Below, piece after piece: positions 36,941-45,579 of a stretch of 64,000 bases of DNA. A model generated the notes under the pieces. That model was not told the origin of the DNA. It was given only the letters and a program-made list of their open reading frames with translations, and made no database searches. Both the position numbers and the translations under genes were made by a program. The DNA is from Candidatus Lambdaproteobacteria bacterium (GTDB lineage Bacteria; SAR324; JACQKK01). The stretch spans positions 7,636-71,635 of the forward strand of contig JACQKK010000010.1 of NCBI GenBank assembly GCA_016204605.1, read 5' to 3'. How positions within the stretch are numbered: position 1 is the first letter of the stretch; each line of letters starts with the position of its first letter.

Positions 36941-38062
36941 TCAGGACGAGCGCGGATGAACCTCCGCCCGCAGGTCGAGCGGCAGCGCCAACTGCTGCGC
37001 CCGCGGGCCAGGCGCGGACCCGGTCTCGAGGTGGGAGAGGCCGAGCCCGAGCAGGCGCAGCTTCTGCCCCGCCAGCCCCGAGTGCCGGTACAGCCGCACG
37101 GCCAGCGCGCGGATGCGCGGGGCGTCGTCGAAGGGCTCGGGCTCGGTCACGCTGCGGGTCGCGCTGGTGAAATCGGCCAGCCGTAGCTTCAGGGTCAATG
37201 TGCGCCCCCGGTGGCCGCCGGCGCGCAGGCGCCCCTCGAGGCCGCGGGCGAGCTCGGCCAGCTTGCGTTCGAGCCAGTAGGGGTTTCCCTGGTCGCGCTC
37301 GAAGGTGTCCTCGATGCTGACGGATTTCCGGATGCGCTCCGGGCTCACCGGGCGGTCGTCCTCGCCGCGGCACAGGCGGTGGAAGTAGAGCCCGCGCCGC
37401 CCGAAGTGGCGTGCCAGCTCCTCCGGCGAGAGCCGCTGCACGTCGCCGCAGGTGTGCAAGCCGAGCGCCTCCAGCCCCTGCTCGGTGACGCGGCCGATAC
37501 CGGGCACCTTGCCCAGCGCCAGGGTGGCCACGAACGCGGCCACCTCCGCGGGGCGGATCGCGAACAGCCCATCGGGCTTGCGCTCGTCGGAGGCGATCTT
37601 GGCGAGGAACTTGTTGGGCGCGACCCCGGCCGAGGCCGTCAGCCCCGTCTCGGCGCGGATGGCCGCCTTGATCGCCCGGGCGACCTCGATCGCCGCATCC
37701 GGGACGGGGCAGCGCTCGCTCACGTCGAGATACGCCTCGTCCAGCCCGAGCGGCTCGACCCGGTCGGTGTAGCCGGCGAAGATCGCGCGAATCTGGCGGG
37801 AGACGGCGCTGTACCGGGAGAAGTCCGGCGCCACGAACACCGTCTCCGGGCAGAGCCGCCAGGCCTGGTAGCAGGGCATGGCGGAATGAATGCCGAACCG
37901 CCGCGCCTCATAGCTCGCCGCCGCCACTACGCCCCGGCTGTGGGGCGACCCCCCCACCACCACCGGCTTGCCCCGCAGCTCCGGCCGGTCGCGCTGCTCC
38001 ACCGATGCGTAGAACGCATCCATGTCCACGTGGATGATCGTCCGCTGCGCCTGCTGTGACAT
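36941..38062 (-). CDS. dinB: DNA polymerase IV
   Basis: The protein starts MSQQAQRTIIHVDMDAFYASVEQRDRPELRGKPVVVGG..., the Y-family polymerase N-terminus. It is 373 aa. Confidence 0.9.
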   Translation of the reverse strand: MSQQAQRTIIHVDMDAFYASVEQRDRPELRGKPVVVGGSPHSRGVVAAASYEARRFGIHSAMPCYQAWRLCPETVFVAPDFSRYSAVSRQIRAIFAGYTDRVEPLGLDEAYLDVSERCPVPDAAIEVARAIKAAIRAETGLTASAGVAPNKFLAKIASDERKPDGLFAIRPAEVAAFVATLALGKVPGIGRVTEQGLEALGLHTCGDVQRLSPEELARHFGRRGLYFHRLCRGEDDRPVSPERIRKSVSIEDTFERDQGNPYWLERKLAELARGLEGRLRAGGHRGRTLTLKLRLADFTSATRSVTEPEPFDDAPRIRALAVRLYRHSGLAGQKLRLLGLGLSHLETGSAPGPRAQQLALPLDLRAEVHPRSS

Positions 38063-38204
38063 GAACGAACGTTTACCATGGGGTCATCGCCGGGGCAAGG
38101 GCGGCGCGGCGCCGGGCCCGGGCAGGGGGGAGTCGGTCGGGTCAAGGTCGAGATGTTCCCTGACCCGCGTGGGCAGCGGGTCAGTTTGAAAGCTGCCTCT
38201 GCTG

Positions 38205-38365
38205 CCGGCCGCCTCGCCCTCCCCGGCCCTCCCTCTTCACCAGGCGAGGGACGGAGCCCCGAACCCGCCACCCGCGCGGGATGCAATTACCCCTCCCCGC
38301 TTGGTGGGGAGGGGCAGGGGTGGGGACGCCGCGTCAGCGACGGGGGTGAGGCTGCGGCGCCTGCC
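38205..38365. repeat. GC-rich hairpin (REP-like) repeat cluster
   Basis: It contains cccctccccgcttggtggggaggggcaggggtggggacgcc, the inverse copy of the 36730/58078 unit, plus ccctcttcaccaggcgaggg. Confidence 0.7.
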
Positions 38366-38549
38366 TACCGGATTCCACCAAACGGAGCCGCTACGCCGGA
38401 GTGCCCTTCATTGAACAACGGTGCGGTTGCCGCTACAATACCGCCATGACGGAAGGCAAGCGCCATCCGGGGATGGCGCACTCGCCCCACCGGCCAAAGC
38501 CGGCAGCAACACCGTATTCCTTCCGGATTCCGGAAGCGGGGGAGGCCCC

Positions 38550-39119
38550 ATGAATTCTGTGGCTGCCGTAATCGCCGCGGCGATGATCATCTTCGTGGTG
38601 TGGCGCATTAGGAACCGCGCCAAGCGCAAAGTGCCCAGGGCGCCCCTATACCAGCCGCAGGTGGATGGAGACCAGGTGACGGTATTCCTGCACCCGCGCA
38701 TGTCGAGCGCCTGCCTGTTCGATCATGGGCTCCAATACGGCAGAGGCTTTCGCCGCAAGGAAGGGCCGGTATTGCCCCACGACGCGAACTGCCGTTGCAG
38801 GACCATCCACTTCTCCTTCAGCAGCTCGGACGTGTTCAACGGAGCCCTACGGCGCGTAGGCAGCATCGAGAGCACGGTGCCCGGCCTGGACGCCGAGGGG
38901 GGCCGCAAGCTGATCGAGGCGCTCAAGCGCGCCGAAAGCAAGGGCGTGCCGGGGTCGCTCGAGGAGTACCTCGGAGCGGTCGGCCCCGAAGCAATCGCCC
39001 CCGCGCTGCGAGAGGAGCTGCATGCCTTTCTCGCCCAACGCTATGACTTCCTGAAGAGCAGGCCGCAAGGCGCCGCCGAAGCAGACGACCAGGCGCGCGA
39101 GGCGGCGGATTCCCCATGA
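38550..39119 (+). CDS. hypothetical membrane-anchored protein
   Basis: An N-terminal TM (AAVIAAAMIIFVVW) is preceded by a GGGGGAGG Shine-Dalgarno-like sequence. Its stop overlaps the PBP1A ATG as ATGA. I recognise no family. Confidence 0.45.
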   Translation: MNSVAAVIAAAMIIFVVWRIRNRAKRKVPRAPLYQPQVDGDQVTVFLHPRMSSACLFDHGLQYGRGFRRKEGPVLPHDANCRCRTIHFSFSSSDVFNGALRRVGSIESTVPGLDAEGGRKLIEALKRAESKGVPGSLEEYLGAVGPEAIAPALREELHAFLAQRYDFLKSRPQGAAEADDQAREAADSP

Positions 39120-41545
39120 GGACCCGAATCGTGAAGTGGCTTGGCGCAGTGAACCCCCGCAGCGTCCGCTCCTATGTGCGTGCGCTGGCCCTGCTCGGCG
39201 GCGTGCTGGCGGTGCTGCTGCTCGGCTGGCTGACGGTCTTGTACGTGCACCTGCCCAAGGTGGACCGGCTGGAGAACCCCGAATACAGCCTGCCCACGAC
39301 GATCTTCGACCGCCACGGCAACAAGGTGCAGGAGATCTTCATCAAGCGCCGCAAGCTGGTCACGTATGACCAGTTGCCGCGCCACCTCATCAACGGGCTG
39401 ATCGCGAAGGAGGACTCCCGGTTCTTCGAGCACCACGGCATCGACCCGCTGCGGATGCTGAAGGCGGCCTGGGTCAACCTGATCAACCTCTCCACGGTGC
39501 AGGGGGCGAGCACGCTCACCCAGCAGACGGCGCGCCAGTTCTTCCTCACCCTCGACAAGACCTGGACCCGCAAGGTCAACGAGATTCTGCTGGCCCTCAA
39601 GATCGAACGCGAGTTCACGAAGGAGGAGATTCTCACCCTCTACCTGAATAAGGTGAACTTCGGCGACGCCTGGGGGGTCGAGGCTGCGGCCGAGTACTAC
39701 TTCAGCAAGACCCTCGGCGAGCTCACGCTCTCCGAGAGCGCCACGCTGGTGGGGCTGCTGCCCGCACCCAACCGCTACAAGCCCACCCGCAATCCGATCG
39801 CGGCGCGCAAGCAGCGCAACATCGTGCTGCAACGGATGGCCGAGGAGGGCTTCATCGCGCGGGCGGAGCAGGTGGCGGCCGCGTCGGAGCCCGTGGCGCT
39901 GGCCGAGCGCGAGGACCCGACCATCGATGCGGCGGCCTCGTACGTGGAGCTGGTGCGGCGCACCCTGCTCGACAAGTACGGCAGCAAGAACCTCTACGAG
40001 GGCGGGCTGCGCGTCTACACGGCGATGGACCTGGGCTACCAGGTGGCCGCCCACCGCGCGCTGCTCAACGGCGTGCGGGCGCTGGACCGGCGCCGCGGCT
40101 ACCGGGGCGCGGACGAGCGCGTGGAGCTCGACGCCCACGGCCAGGTGCCCGACGACGCGCTGGAGTTCCTCAATCCGCCCGAGTCCGTGCACCTGAACCA
40201 GATCCTGCGCGGGATCGTGCTCGAGGTGAACGCGCAGCGGGCGCGGGTCGGGCTCGGCCTGCAGGTGGAAGGCGCGGTGCCCTGGGATCGCACCCACAGC
40301 CAGTGGGCCCAGCGCATCCCGCCGGAGCAGGAGGAGCCCGTTCCCCTGCGCGCCCTCTCGGAGATTCTCAAGCCGGGCGACGTGATCCAGGTGGTCGCGG
40401 CGGCGCGCAATCCGAAATCGGGGGAGTACACGCTCGACCTGTACCAGGAGCCGCTGGCCAACGGCGCCGTGTACGCCATGGACCCCAACTCCGGCTACGT
40501 CGTGGCGATGGTGGGCGGCACGCGCTTCGGCAAAGGCAAGGGCGCCAGCGAGTTCATCCGCGCCACCCAGTCGGAGCGGCAGCCGGGCTCGGCCTTCAAG
40601 GCCATCATCTACGCCGCGGCGGTGGACGAGGGCTTCACGGCGGCCACCCTGCTCGACGACTCGCCGCGGGTGTTCACGCTCGATTCGGGCCGCAAGCACA
40701 TCCCCAAGAACTACGACAACCTCTACATCGGCCCGACCACGCTGCGGGAGGCGCTGGTGCGCAGCCGCAACGTGCCGACCGTGCAGCTCGTCGACGAGAT
40801 GACGCCGCGCAAGGTGATCGACTATGCGCGCAAGCTGGGGCTCACCACGCCGATTCCCGAGGAGAACATCATCGCCCTGGGCACGCACTCCGTGCGCCTT
40901 GCGGAGCTGACCCGCGCCTACGGCGTGTTCGCGAACCTGGGCAAGCTGGTGGAGCCCGTCTACATCGTGCGCATCGAGGATGCCAACGGCAAGGTGCTGG
41001 AGGAGACCCGGCCCCAGTCCAAGCGCGTGATCTCCGAAGACACGGCCTACCTGATCTCCGACATGCTGCAGGACGTGGTGCGCAGCCCGTTCGGCACCGG
41101 CCACCGGGCGATGGCCGGGCTGAAGCGCCCTGCCGCCGGCAAGACCGGCACCACCCAGAACTACACCGACGCCTGGTACCTGGGGTACATCCCGCAGATC
41201 GTGACCGGGGTGTACGTGGGGTTCGATGACCCCCGCAAGTCGCTGGGGCCGTCCGAGACGGGCTCCCGCGCCGCCGCCCCGGTCTGGGCCGAGTTCATGA
41301 AGCAGATTCAGGTGGCGCTGCCCATCGAGACCTTCCAGCAGCCGCCCACCGTGGTCGCGCACCGCGTCGACCGGAACGGCCAGTTGCTCGACCCCTGCTC
41401 CGACCCGGCCGGGACCCGCTTCGAGTTCTTCAAGGCCAGCTCCATCCCCGAGCGCCTGCGCGGCGCGGCGGGCTGCATGCGCCCGGCCATCACCAGCCCG
41501 CGGCCGCGCGCACCGACCGGCAAGCCCGAGGACGTCGAGCTGTGA
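39116..41545 (+). CDS. mrcA: penicillin-binding protein 1A (bifunctional glycosyltransferase/transpeptidase)
   Basis: It has the GT51 motif EDSRFFEHHGID, the transpeptidase SAFK and the KTGTT motifs, and is 809 aa. Confidence 0.9.
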   Translation: MRTRIVKWLGAVNPRSVRSYVRALALLGGVLAVLLLGWLTVLYVHLPKVDRLENPEYSLPTTIFDRHGNKVQEIFIKRRKLVTYDQLPRHLINGLIAKEDSRFFEHHGIDPLRMLKAAWVNLINLSTVQGASTLTQQTARQFFLTLDKTWTRKVNEILLALKIEREFTKEEILTLYLNKVNFGDAWGVEAAAEYYFSKTLGELTLSESATLVGLLPAPNRYKPTRNPIAARKQRNIVLQRMAEEGFIARAEQVAAASEPVALAEREDPTIDAAASYVELVRRTLLDKYGSKNLYEGGLRVYTAMDLGYQVAAHRALLNGVRALDRRRGYRGADERVELDAHGQVPDDALEFLNPPESVHLNQILRGIVLEVNAQRARVGLGLQVEGAVPWDRTHSQWAQRIPPEQEEPVPLRALSEILKPGDVIQVVAAARNPKSGEYTLDLYQEPLANGAVYAMDPNSGYVVAMVGGTRFGKGKGASEFIRATQSERQPGSAFKAIIYAAAVDEGFTAATLLDDSPRVFTLDSGRKHIPKNYDNLYIGPTTLREALVRSRNVPTVQLVDEMTPRKVIDYARKLGLTTPIPEENIIALGTHSVRLAELTRAYGVFANLGKLVEPVYIVRIEDANGKVLEETRPQSKRVISEDTAYLISDMLQDVVRSPFGTGHRAMAGLKRPAAGKTGTTQNYTDAWYLGYIPQIVTGVYVGFDDPRKSLGPSETGSRAAAPVWAEFMKQIQVALPIETFQQPPTVVAHRVDRNGQLLDPCSDPAGTRFEFFKASSIPERLRGAAGCMRPAITSPRPRAPTGKPEDVEL

Positions 41546-41569
41546 GCCGGTCCCGCCGCCGCGGCGGCG

Positions 41570-42214
41570 CTAGCGGGAGCCGCCGCGTCCGGTCGGCCTG
41601 GGGGCGAGCGGCCAGCGCCAGCTCTCGTCGGGGGCCAGCCCGGCCTGCCAGAGCAGCTCGGGCTCGCCCAGCGTGGCGGCGACCCAGCGGCTGGCGACGA
41701 ACAGCAGATCGGAGAGGCGGTTGAGGTAGGGGATGGCGTGGGCGTCCACGACCTCTGCGCGGGCCAGCCGCACGACCAGCCGCTCGCAGCGCCGGCAGAC
41801 GGTGCGGGCCAGATGGAGGAAGGCGTTGAGCGGCCCGCCGCCGGGCAGCAGGAAGCTCTCCAGCGGCGCGAGCTCCGCGTTCATGTGGTCCATCACCGCT
41901 TCGAGCCAGGCCACGTCGGCTGGGGCGAGCAGGGGGCCGCTGCGGGCCTTGTCGGCGGGATGGGTGGCCAGGTCGGCGCCGAGATCGAACAGGCGCTGCT
42001 GTACCAGGCGCAGCACCTTGTCGAGCCCGTCCCGCCGCGGGCCGGCCGGCTGCCGGAGGTTGAGGCTGCGCACGATGCCGATCACGCTGTTGAGCTCATC
42101 CACGGTGCCGTAGCATTCCACCCGCAAGTCGTCCTTGGCCACCTTGCGGCCGCCGACCAGCGCCGTCTGCCCGCGATCGCCCTTGCGGGTGTACACCCGG
42201 TTGATCCGCACCAT
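41570..42214 (-). CDS. cob(I)yrinic acid a,c-diamide / cob(I)alamin adenosyltransferase, PduO type
   Basis: The protein begins MVRINRVYTRKGDRGQTALVGGRKVAKDDLRVECYGTVDELNSVIG. Confidence 0.85.
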   Translation of the reverse strand: MVRINRVYTRKGDRGQTALVGGRKVAKDDLRVECYGTVDELNSVIGIVRSLNLRQPAGPRRDGLDKVLRLVQQRLFDLGADLATHPADKARSGPLLAPADVAWLEAVMDHMNAELAPLESFLLPGGGPLNAFLHLARTVCRRCERLVVRLARAEVVDAHAIPYLNRLSDLLFVASRWVAATLGEPELLWQAGLAPDESWRWPLAPRPTGRGGSR

Positions 42215-43325
42215 GTCGTCATCCGATCGTGAGGGAATGCCGGCGTCGTCCGGGGTCGCCCCCGCGCCGCCAGTCCGGGCCGCGGCGAGCCTCCCGGAGC
42301 CCGAGGCGCTGGTCGTCCGTACGCCGAACTGGCTGGGCGACCTGATGCTGAGCACCGCGTTTCTTTCCGCCGCCGTGCGCCGCTTCCCCCGCGCCCGCAT
42401 CGACCTGATCGTGCGCAAGGGGTTCGAGACGCTGCCGCTGCCGCACCGGGGCGAGGTGCTGCCGTATGACCGGCGGGCGGCGGGCCCCGGCGACTTCGGG
42501 CGCGCACTGCGGGGCCGGGGCTATACGCACTTCTTCGTCCTGCCGCCCAGCTTCTCCTCGGCGTGGATGGCGTTCCGCAGCGGCGTGCCGCACCGCATCG
42601 GCTATGCGGGCGAGGCCCGCTCGCTCCTGCTGCGGCCGGCGCGCCGTCATCGCGCCAGGCCGCGCGCGATCCATCTCGTGGCGGAGTATCTGGAGCTGCT
42701 CGCGCCCTGGCTGCGGGCGGAGCCGGCGGCCTATCCGCCGAGCCTGCCCGTCAGTACGGAGTGGGTGGCGGCCCATCTGCCGCCCGCGCTGGCCCCCTCC
42801 GCGCCCGGCAGTGCTGCGGCGGCGGCGGACGGCCGGTACATCGTGCTCGCGCCCGGCGCCGAGTACGGCCCGGCCAAGCAGTGGCCGGCGGAGCACTATC
42901 GGCGCGCAGCGGCCGCCCTGCGCGGCGCCGGCTGGCGGATCGTGGTGGCCGGGCTCGCGGGCGATCGCCCCCTGGGCGAGGCCATTCTCGCCGCGGCCCC
43001 TGGCGGACTGAACCTGTGCGGGGAGACGGCGCTCCCGGGGCTGGTAGCCCTGCTGGCCCGCGCGGCGCTGCTCGTCAGCAACGACTCGGGGGCGATGCAC
43101 ATCGCCGCCGCGCTGGGCACGCCGCAGGTGGCCCTGTTCGGCTCCACCAACCCCGTCTGGACGGGGCCCGTCAACCCGCAGGCCCGGGTGGTCTACCGGG
43201 CGCTGCCTTGCTCTCCCTGCTACCGGCGGGTCTGTCCGCTCGGCCACACCGATTGCCTGGTGGGGATCGCGCCCGAGGCGGTGGTGCAGCAGGCGCTGGC
43301 GTTGCTGACTCCCCGCTCGCCCTGA
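42213..43325 (+). CDS. glycosyltransferase family 9 (LPS heptosyltransferase)
   Basis: It has ...LVVRTPNWLGDLMLSTAFL...LAPGAEYGPAKQWP... The start is ambiguous, with the ATG at 42213 or at 42237. Confidence 0.75.
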   Translation: MSSSDREGMPASSGVAPAPPVRAAASLPEPEALVVRTPNWLGDLMLSTAFLSAAVRRFPRARIDLIVRKGFETLPLPHRGEVLPYDRRAAGPGDFGRALRGRGYTHFFVLPPSFSSAWMAFRSGVPHRIGYAGEARSLLLRPARRHRARPRAIHLVAEYLELLAPWLRAEPAAYPPSLPVSTEWVAAHLPPALAPSAPGSAAAAADGRYIVLAPGAEYGPAKQWPAEHYRRAAAALRGAGWRIVVAGLAGDRPLGEAILAAAPGGLNLCGETALPGLVALLARAALLVSNDSGAMHIAAALGTPQVALFGSTNPVWTGPVNPQARVVYRALPCSPCYRRVCPLGHTDCLVGIAPEAVVQQALALLTPRSP

Positions 43326-43340
43326 CCCGCGCCGGTGCAG

Positions 43341-44165
43341 TCAGCCTTCGTGGGCGCGCCCGCGGGTTGCCGCCGGCGACTGGCGCACGGCCAGCCAGAT
43401 CAGCCAGATCAGTCCCGCCAGCACCATGGGCAGGCTCAGCAGCTGCCCCCGCGTGACCCAGCCCCAACTGTAGCCGATGTCCCGGTCCGGCAGCCGCACG
43501 AACTCGACGGCGAAGCGCGCCAACCCATAGAGCATCAGGAACAGCGCGGTGGTCGTGCCCGGCGGCCAGCGCCGGCGGCGCATCAGCGCCAGCACCGTAA
43601 ACAGCAGCGCGCCTTCCAGCCCGGCCTCGTAGAGTTGCGACGGGTGGCGCGGCAGCCGGTCGGGATCGGCGGGGAACACCACGCCCCAGCTTCCGTTGGT
43701 CGCCATGCCGTACAGCTCGCCGTTGATGAAGTTGCCGATGCGCCCGAAGAACAGGCCGACCGGCACCCAGGGGGCGCAGTGGTCGCTGATGGCCAGCACT
43801 GGGATGCCGCGGCGGCGCGCATAGAGCCACATGGCGAAGAACACGCCCAACATGCCGCCGTGAAACGACATCCCGCCCTTCCAGGTCTCGAGCATGCGCC
43901 AGGGTTCGATGAAGTAGGGCAGCCCACCGTAGAACATCACCCACCCCAGCCGCCCTCCCACCACGACGCCGAGGATGATGTAAGTGAGCAAGGGGGAGAC
44001 CTCCTGCTCGCCGATCGGGCTGCCGGCCTTGCGGGATGCGCGCAGCAGCAGGGCATACCCCGCCAGGAAGCTGAGGGCGTACATGGTGCCGTACCAACCC
44101 ACGGCGAGCGGCCCCAGGTGGAAGATCACCGGGTTCAGGTTGTGGACGTAAATCCAGCCGATCAT
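43341..44165 (-). CDS. lgt: prolipoprotein diacylglyceryl transferase
   Basis: The protein has ...LGPLAVGWYGTMYALSFLAGY...FHGGMLGV...GRIGNFINGEL.... Confidence 0.9.
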   Translation of the reverse strand: MIGWIYVHNLNPVIFHLGPLAVGWYGTMYALSFLAGYALLLRASRKAGSPIGEQEVSPLLTYIILGVVVGGRLGWVMFYGGLPYFIEPWRMLETWKGGMSFHGGMLGVFFAMWLYARRRGIPVLAISDHCAPWVPVGLFFGRIGNFINGELYGMATNGSWGVVFPADPDRLPRHPSQLYEAGLEGALLFTVLALMRRRRWPPGTTTALFLMLYGLARFAVEFVRLPDRDIGYSWGWVTRGQLLSLPMVLAGLIWLIWLAVRQSPAATRGRAHEG

Positions 44166-44386
44166 CGCTGTCGCACCGAGGGGAGGTTGGCTGCGGACGA
44201 GGCAGGTGCTGCGCGCCGTGGCTGAGGCGCCGCCCCCAGGCCGCCGAGCCGCGCCAGGAGCAGCGGCGCCGGGCGGTGCCGGCGGCGCGGATCGCGCCGG
44301 GTCGTCAATTGCATTCGGCCCGGGAGGGTGTTAGCGTGAAGTCGAGAGGAGACGCGGCAGTCCTCGCCTTGAAAGGTTCGACCGAG

Positions 44387-44734
44387 ATGGAAAACCCGGC
44401 GCGTGCGGAGCTTTCGCGCTACGATATTACCATTGCCGGTCGGCGATTCAACATCAGCAGTCGCCATGGCGAGGCCCACATCCGCAAGGTCGAACGCCTG
44501 GTGCGGCAGACCATCGAGGAGATGGGCGCGCGCACCCAGGGTCAGAGCCCGCTGAATGCGTATCTGCTCGCGGCGCTGAACCTGGGCGATCGGCTGGTGG
44601 AGCTGGAAAGCCGCAGCGACGAGGCGGACCAGGAACGCGAGCAGCGCTTGCAGGCGCTGCTGGGGCGCCTGCGCAGCGCGGTCGCACCCGGACACGGCTC
44701 GGGCGCGGGAAACGCCCCAGCCGAGCAGAGCTGA
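44387..44734 (+). CDS. zapA: cell division protein ZapA
   Basis: It has ...YDITIAGRRFNISS...AYLLAALNLGDRLVELE... The ZapA size and pattern fit. Confidence 0.7.
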   Translation: MENPARAELSRYDITIAGRRFNISSRHGEAHIRKVERLVRQTIEEMGARTQGQSPLNAYLLAALNLGDRLVELESRSDEADQEREQRLQALLGRLRSAVAPGHGSGAGNAPAEQS

Positions 44735-44915
44735 ACACTCCTGCAGTGTTCGATACGCTGGATGTTCTTTGAGCCTAAATTCTTGACTGGGATCCAGTCC
44801 CTGAGGTGGTGAGCAAGACCGGCTGCGGCCGGGATGCCTGAAACCTCTACACCGGACCCCACCTGCGCTGCAGGTTCAAGAAACCCAAGCGACCGGCACA
44901 GGCGGGAGTGTTCTT
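44733..44915 (+). ncRNA. ssrS: 6S RNA (SsrS)
   Basis: It lies immediately downstream of zapA, the conserved position. Several blocks match the E. coli 6S RNA: GAUGUUC...CCAGUCCCUGAG...GGUGGUGAGCA-(hairpin CCGGCugcgGCCGG)-GCCUGAAACC...GGUUCAAG...GGCGG. A 5' GAACACUCC can pair with a 3' GGAGUGUUC as a closing stem. The region has locally lower GC and no plausible ORF. Confidence 0.6.
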
Positions 44916-45032
44916 CTACCTTTCCAAGCTTCCCCGAGCTTTCCCCTGAGCAGAGACGCCCCCTGCGGGGCGGCCCGGCCCCCGGCGACGGTGCGCCGGC
45001 GGCAGCGCCGCGCTGCGACGGCGGCCGCCCGC

Positions 45033-45374
45033 CTACTTGCGCAGCGCGGCCAGCGCGTCGGCTTCGGTCGGGTAGATATCGAGGATCTTGTTCAGGCGGG
45101 TGATGACGAAAATCTCCTCGTTCTTCTTCTTGAGATTGCAGAGGGAGAATTTCGCATCCTTCTGCTGCATCGCCTTGAACAGCGAGACGATCAAGCCGAT
45201 GCCCGAGGAGTCGATGAAGTTGACGTTCTCGAAGTTGATGACCATGGCCTTGATGGCGGGATTTTCCAGGTGCGGCTTGAGGTATGCCTTGGCTTCGCTG
45301 ACGCCGTCGAGCGCGATGTTGCCCTCGATCGAGACCACGCAGATTCCATCTTCGATGCGGTGGGAGAATGCCAT
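45033..45374 (-). CDS. STAS domain protein (anti-sigma factor antagonist, SpoIIAA-like)
   Basis: The product has ...VVSIEGNIALDGVSEAKAYLKPHLENPAIKAMVINFENVNFIDSSGIGLIVSLFKAMQ... Confidence 0.75.
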   Translation of the reverse strand: MAFSHRIEDGICVVSIEGNIALDGVSEAKAYLKPHLENPAIKAMVINFENVNFIDSSGIGLIVSLFKAMQQKDAKFSLCNLKKKNEEIFVITRLNKILDIYPTEADALAALRK

Positions 45375-45579
45375 CTGCCATCCTTCGATTGGTCGAGTGG
45401 ATTCCAGAATGGTGCGTTGGGCACATTCCGGCGCGTTGCGATGCGGCCCCAACGATCGGTGCGCTGCTCCCCGGACCGGATCGGTGGCGCCTGGCGGCCG
45501 GCGCCGGGGATTGCGGCACTGCCGCGCCGGGAGCGCGAGGCCGCTGCCGATGCCTTTCACCACCGTGGTCGGATCGACT

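Noticed and set aside
44735-44760. The hairpin GAACACtcctgcaGTGTTC right after zapA, considered as a simple intrinsic terminator
   Set aside because: It has only a 6-bp stem and no U-tract. The same 5' arm is better explained as the 5' half of the 6S RNA closing stem that pairs with GGAGUGUUC at 44905-44913.
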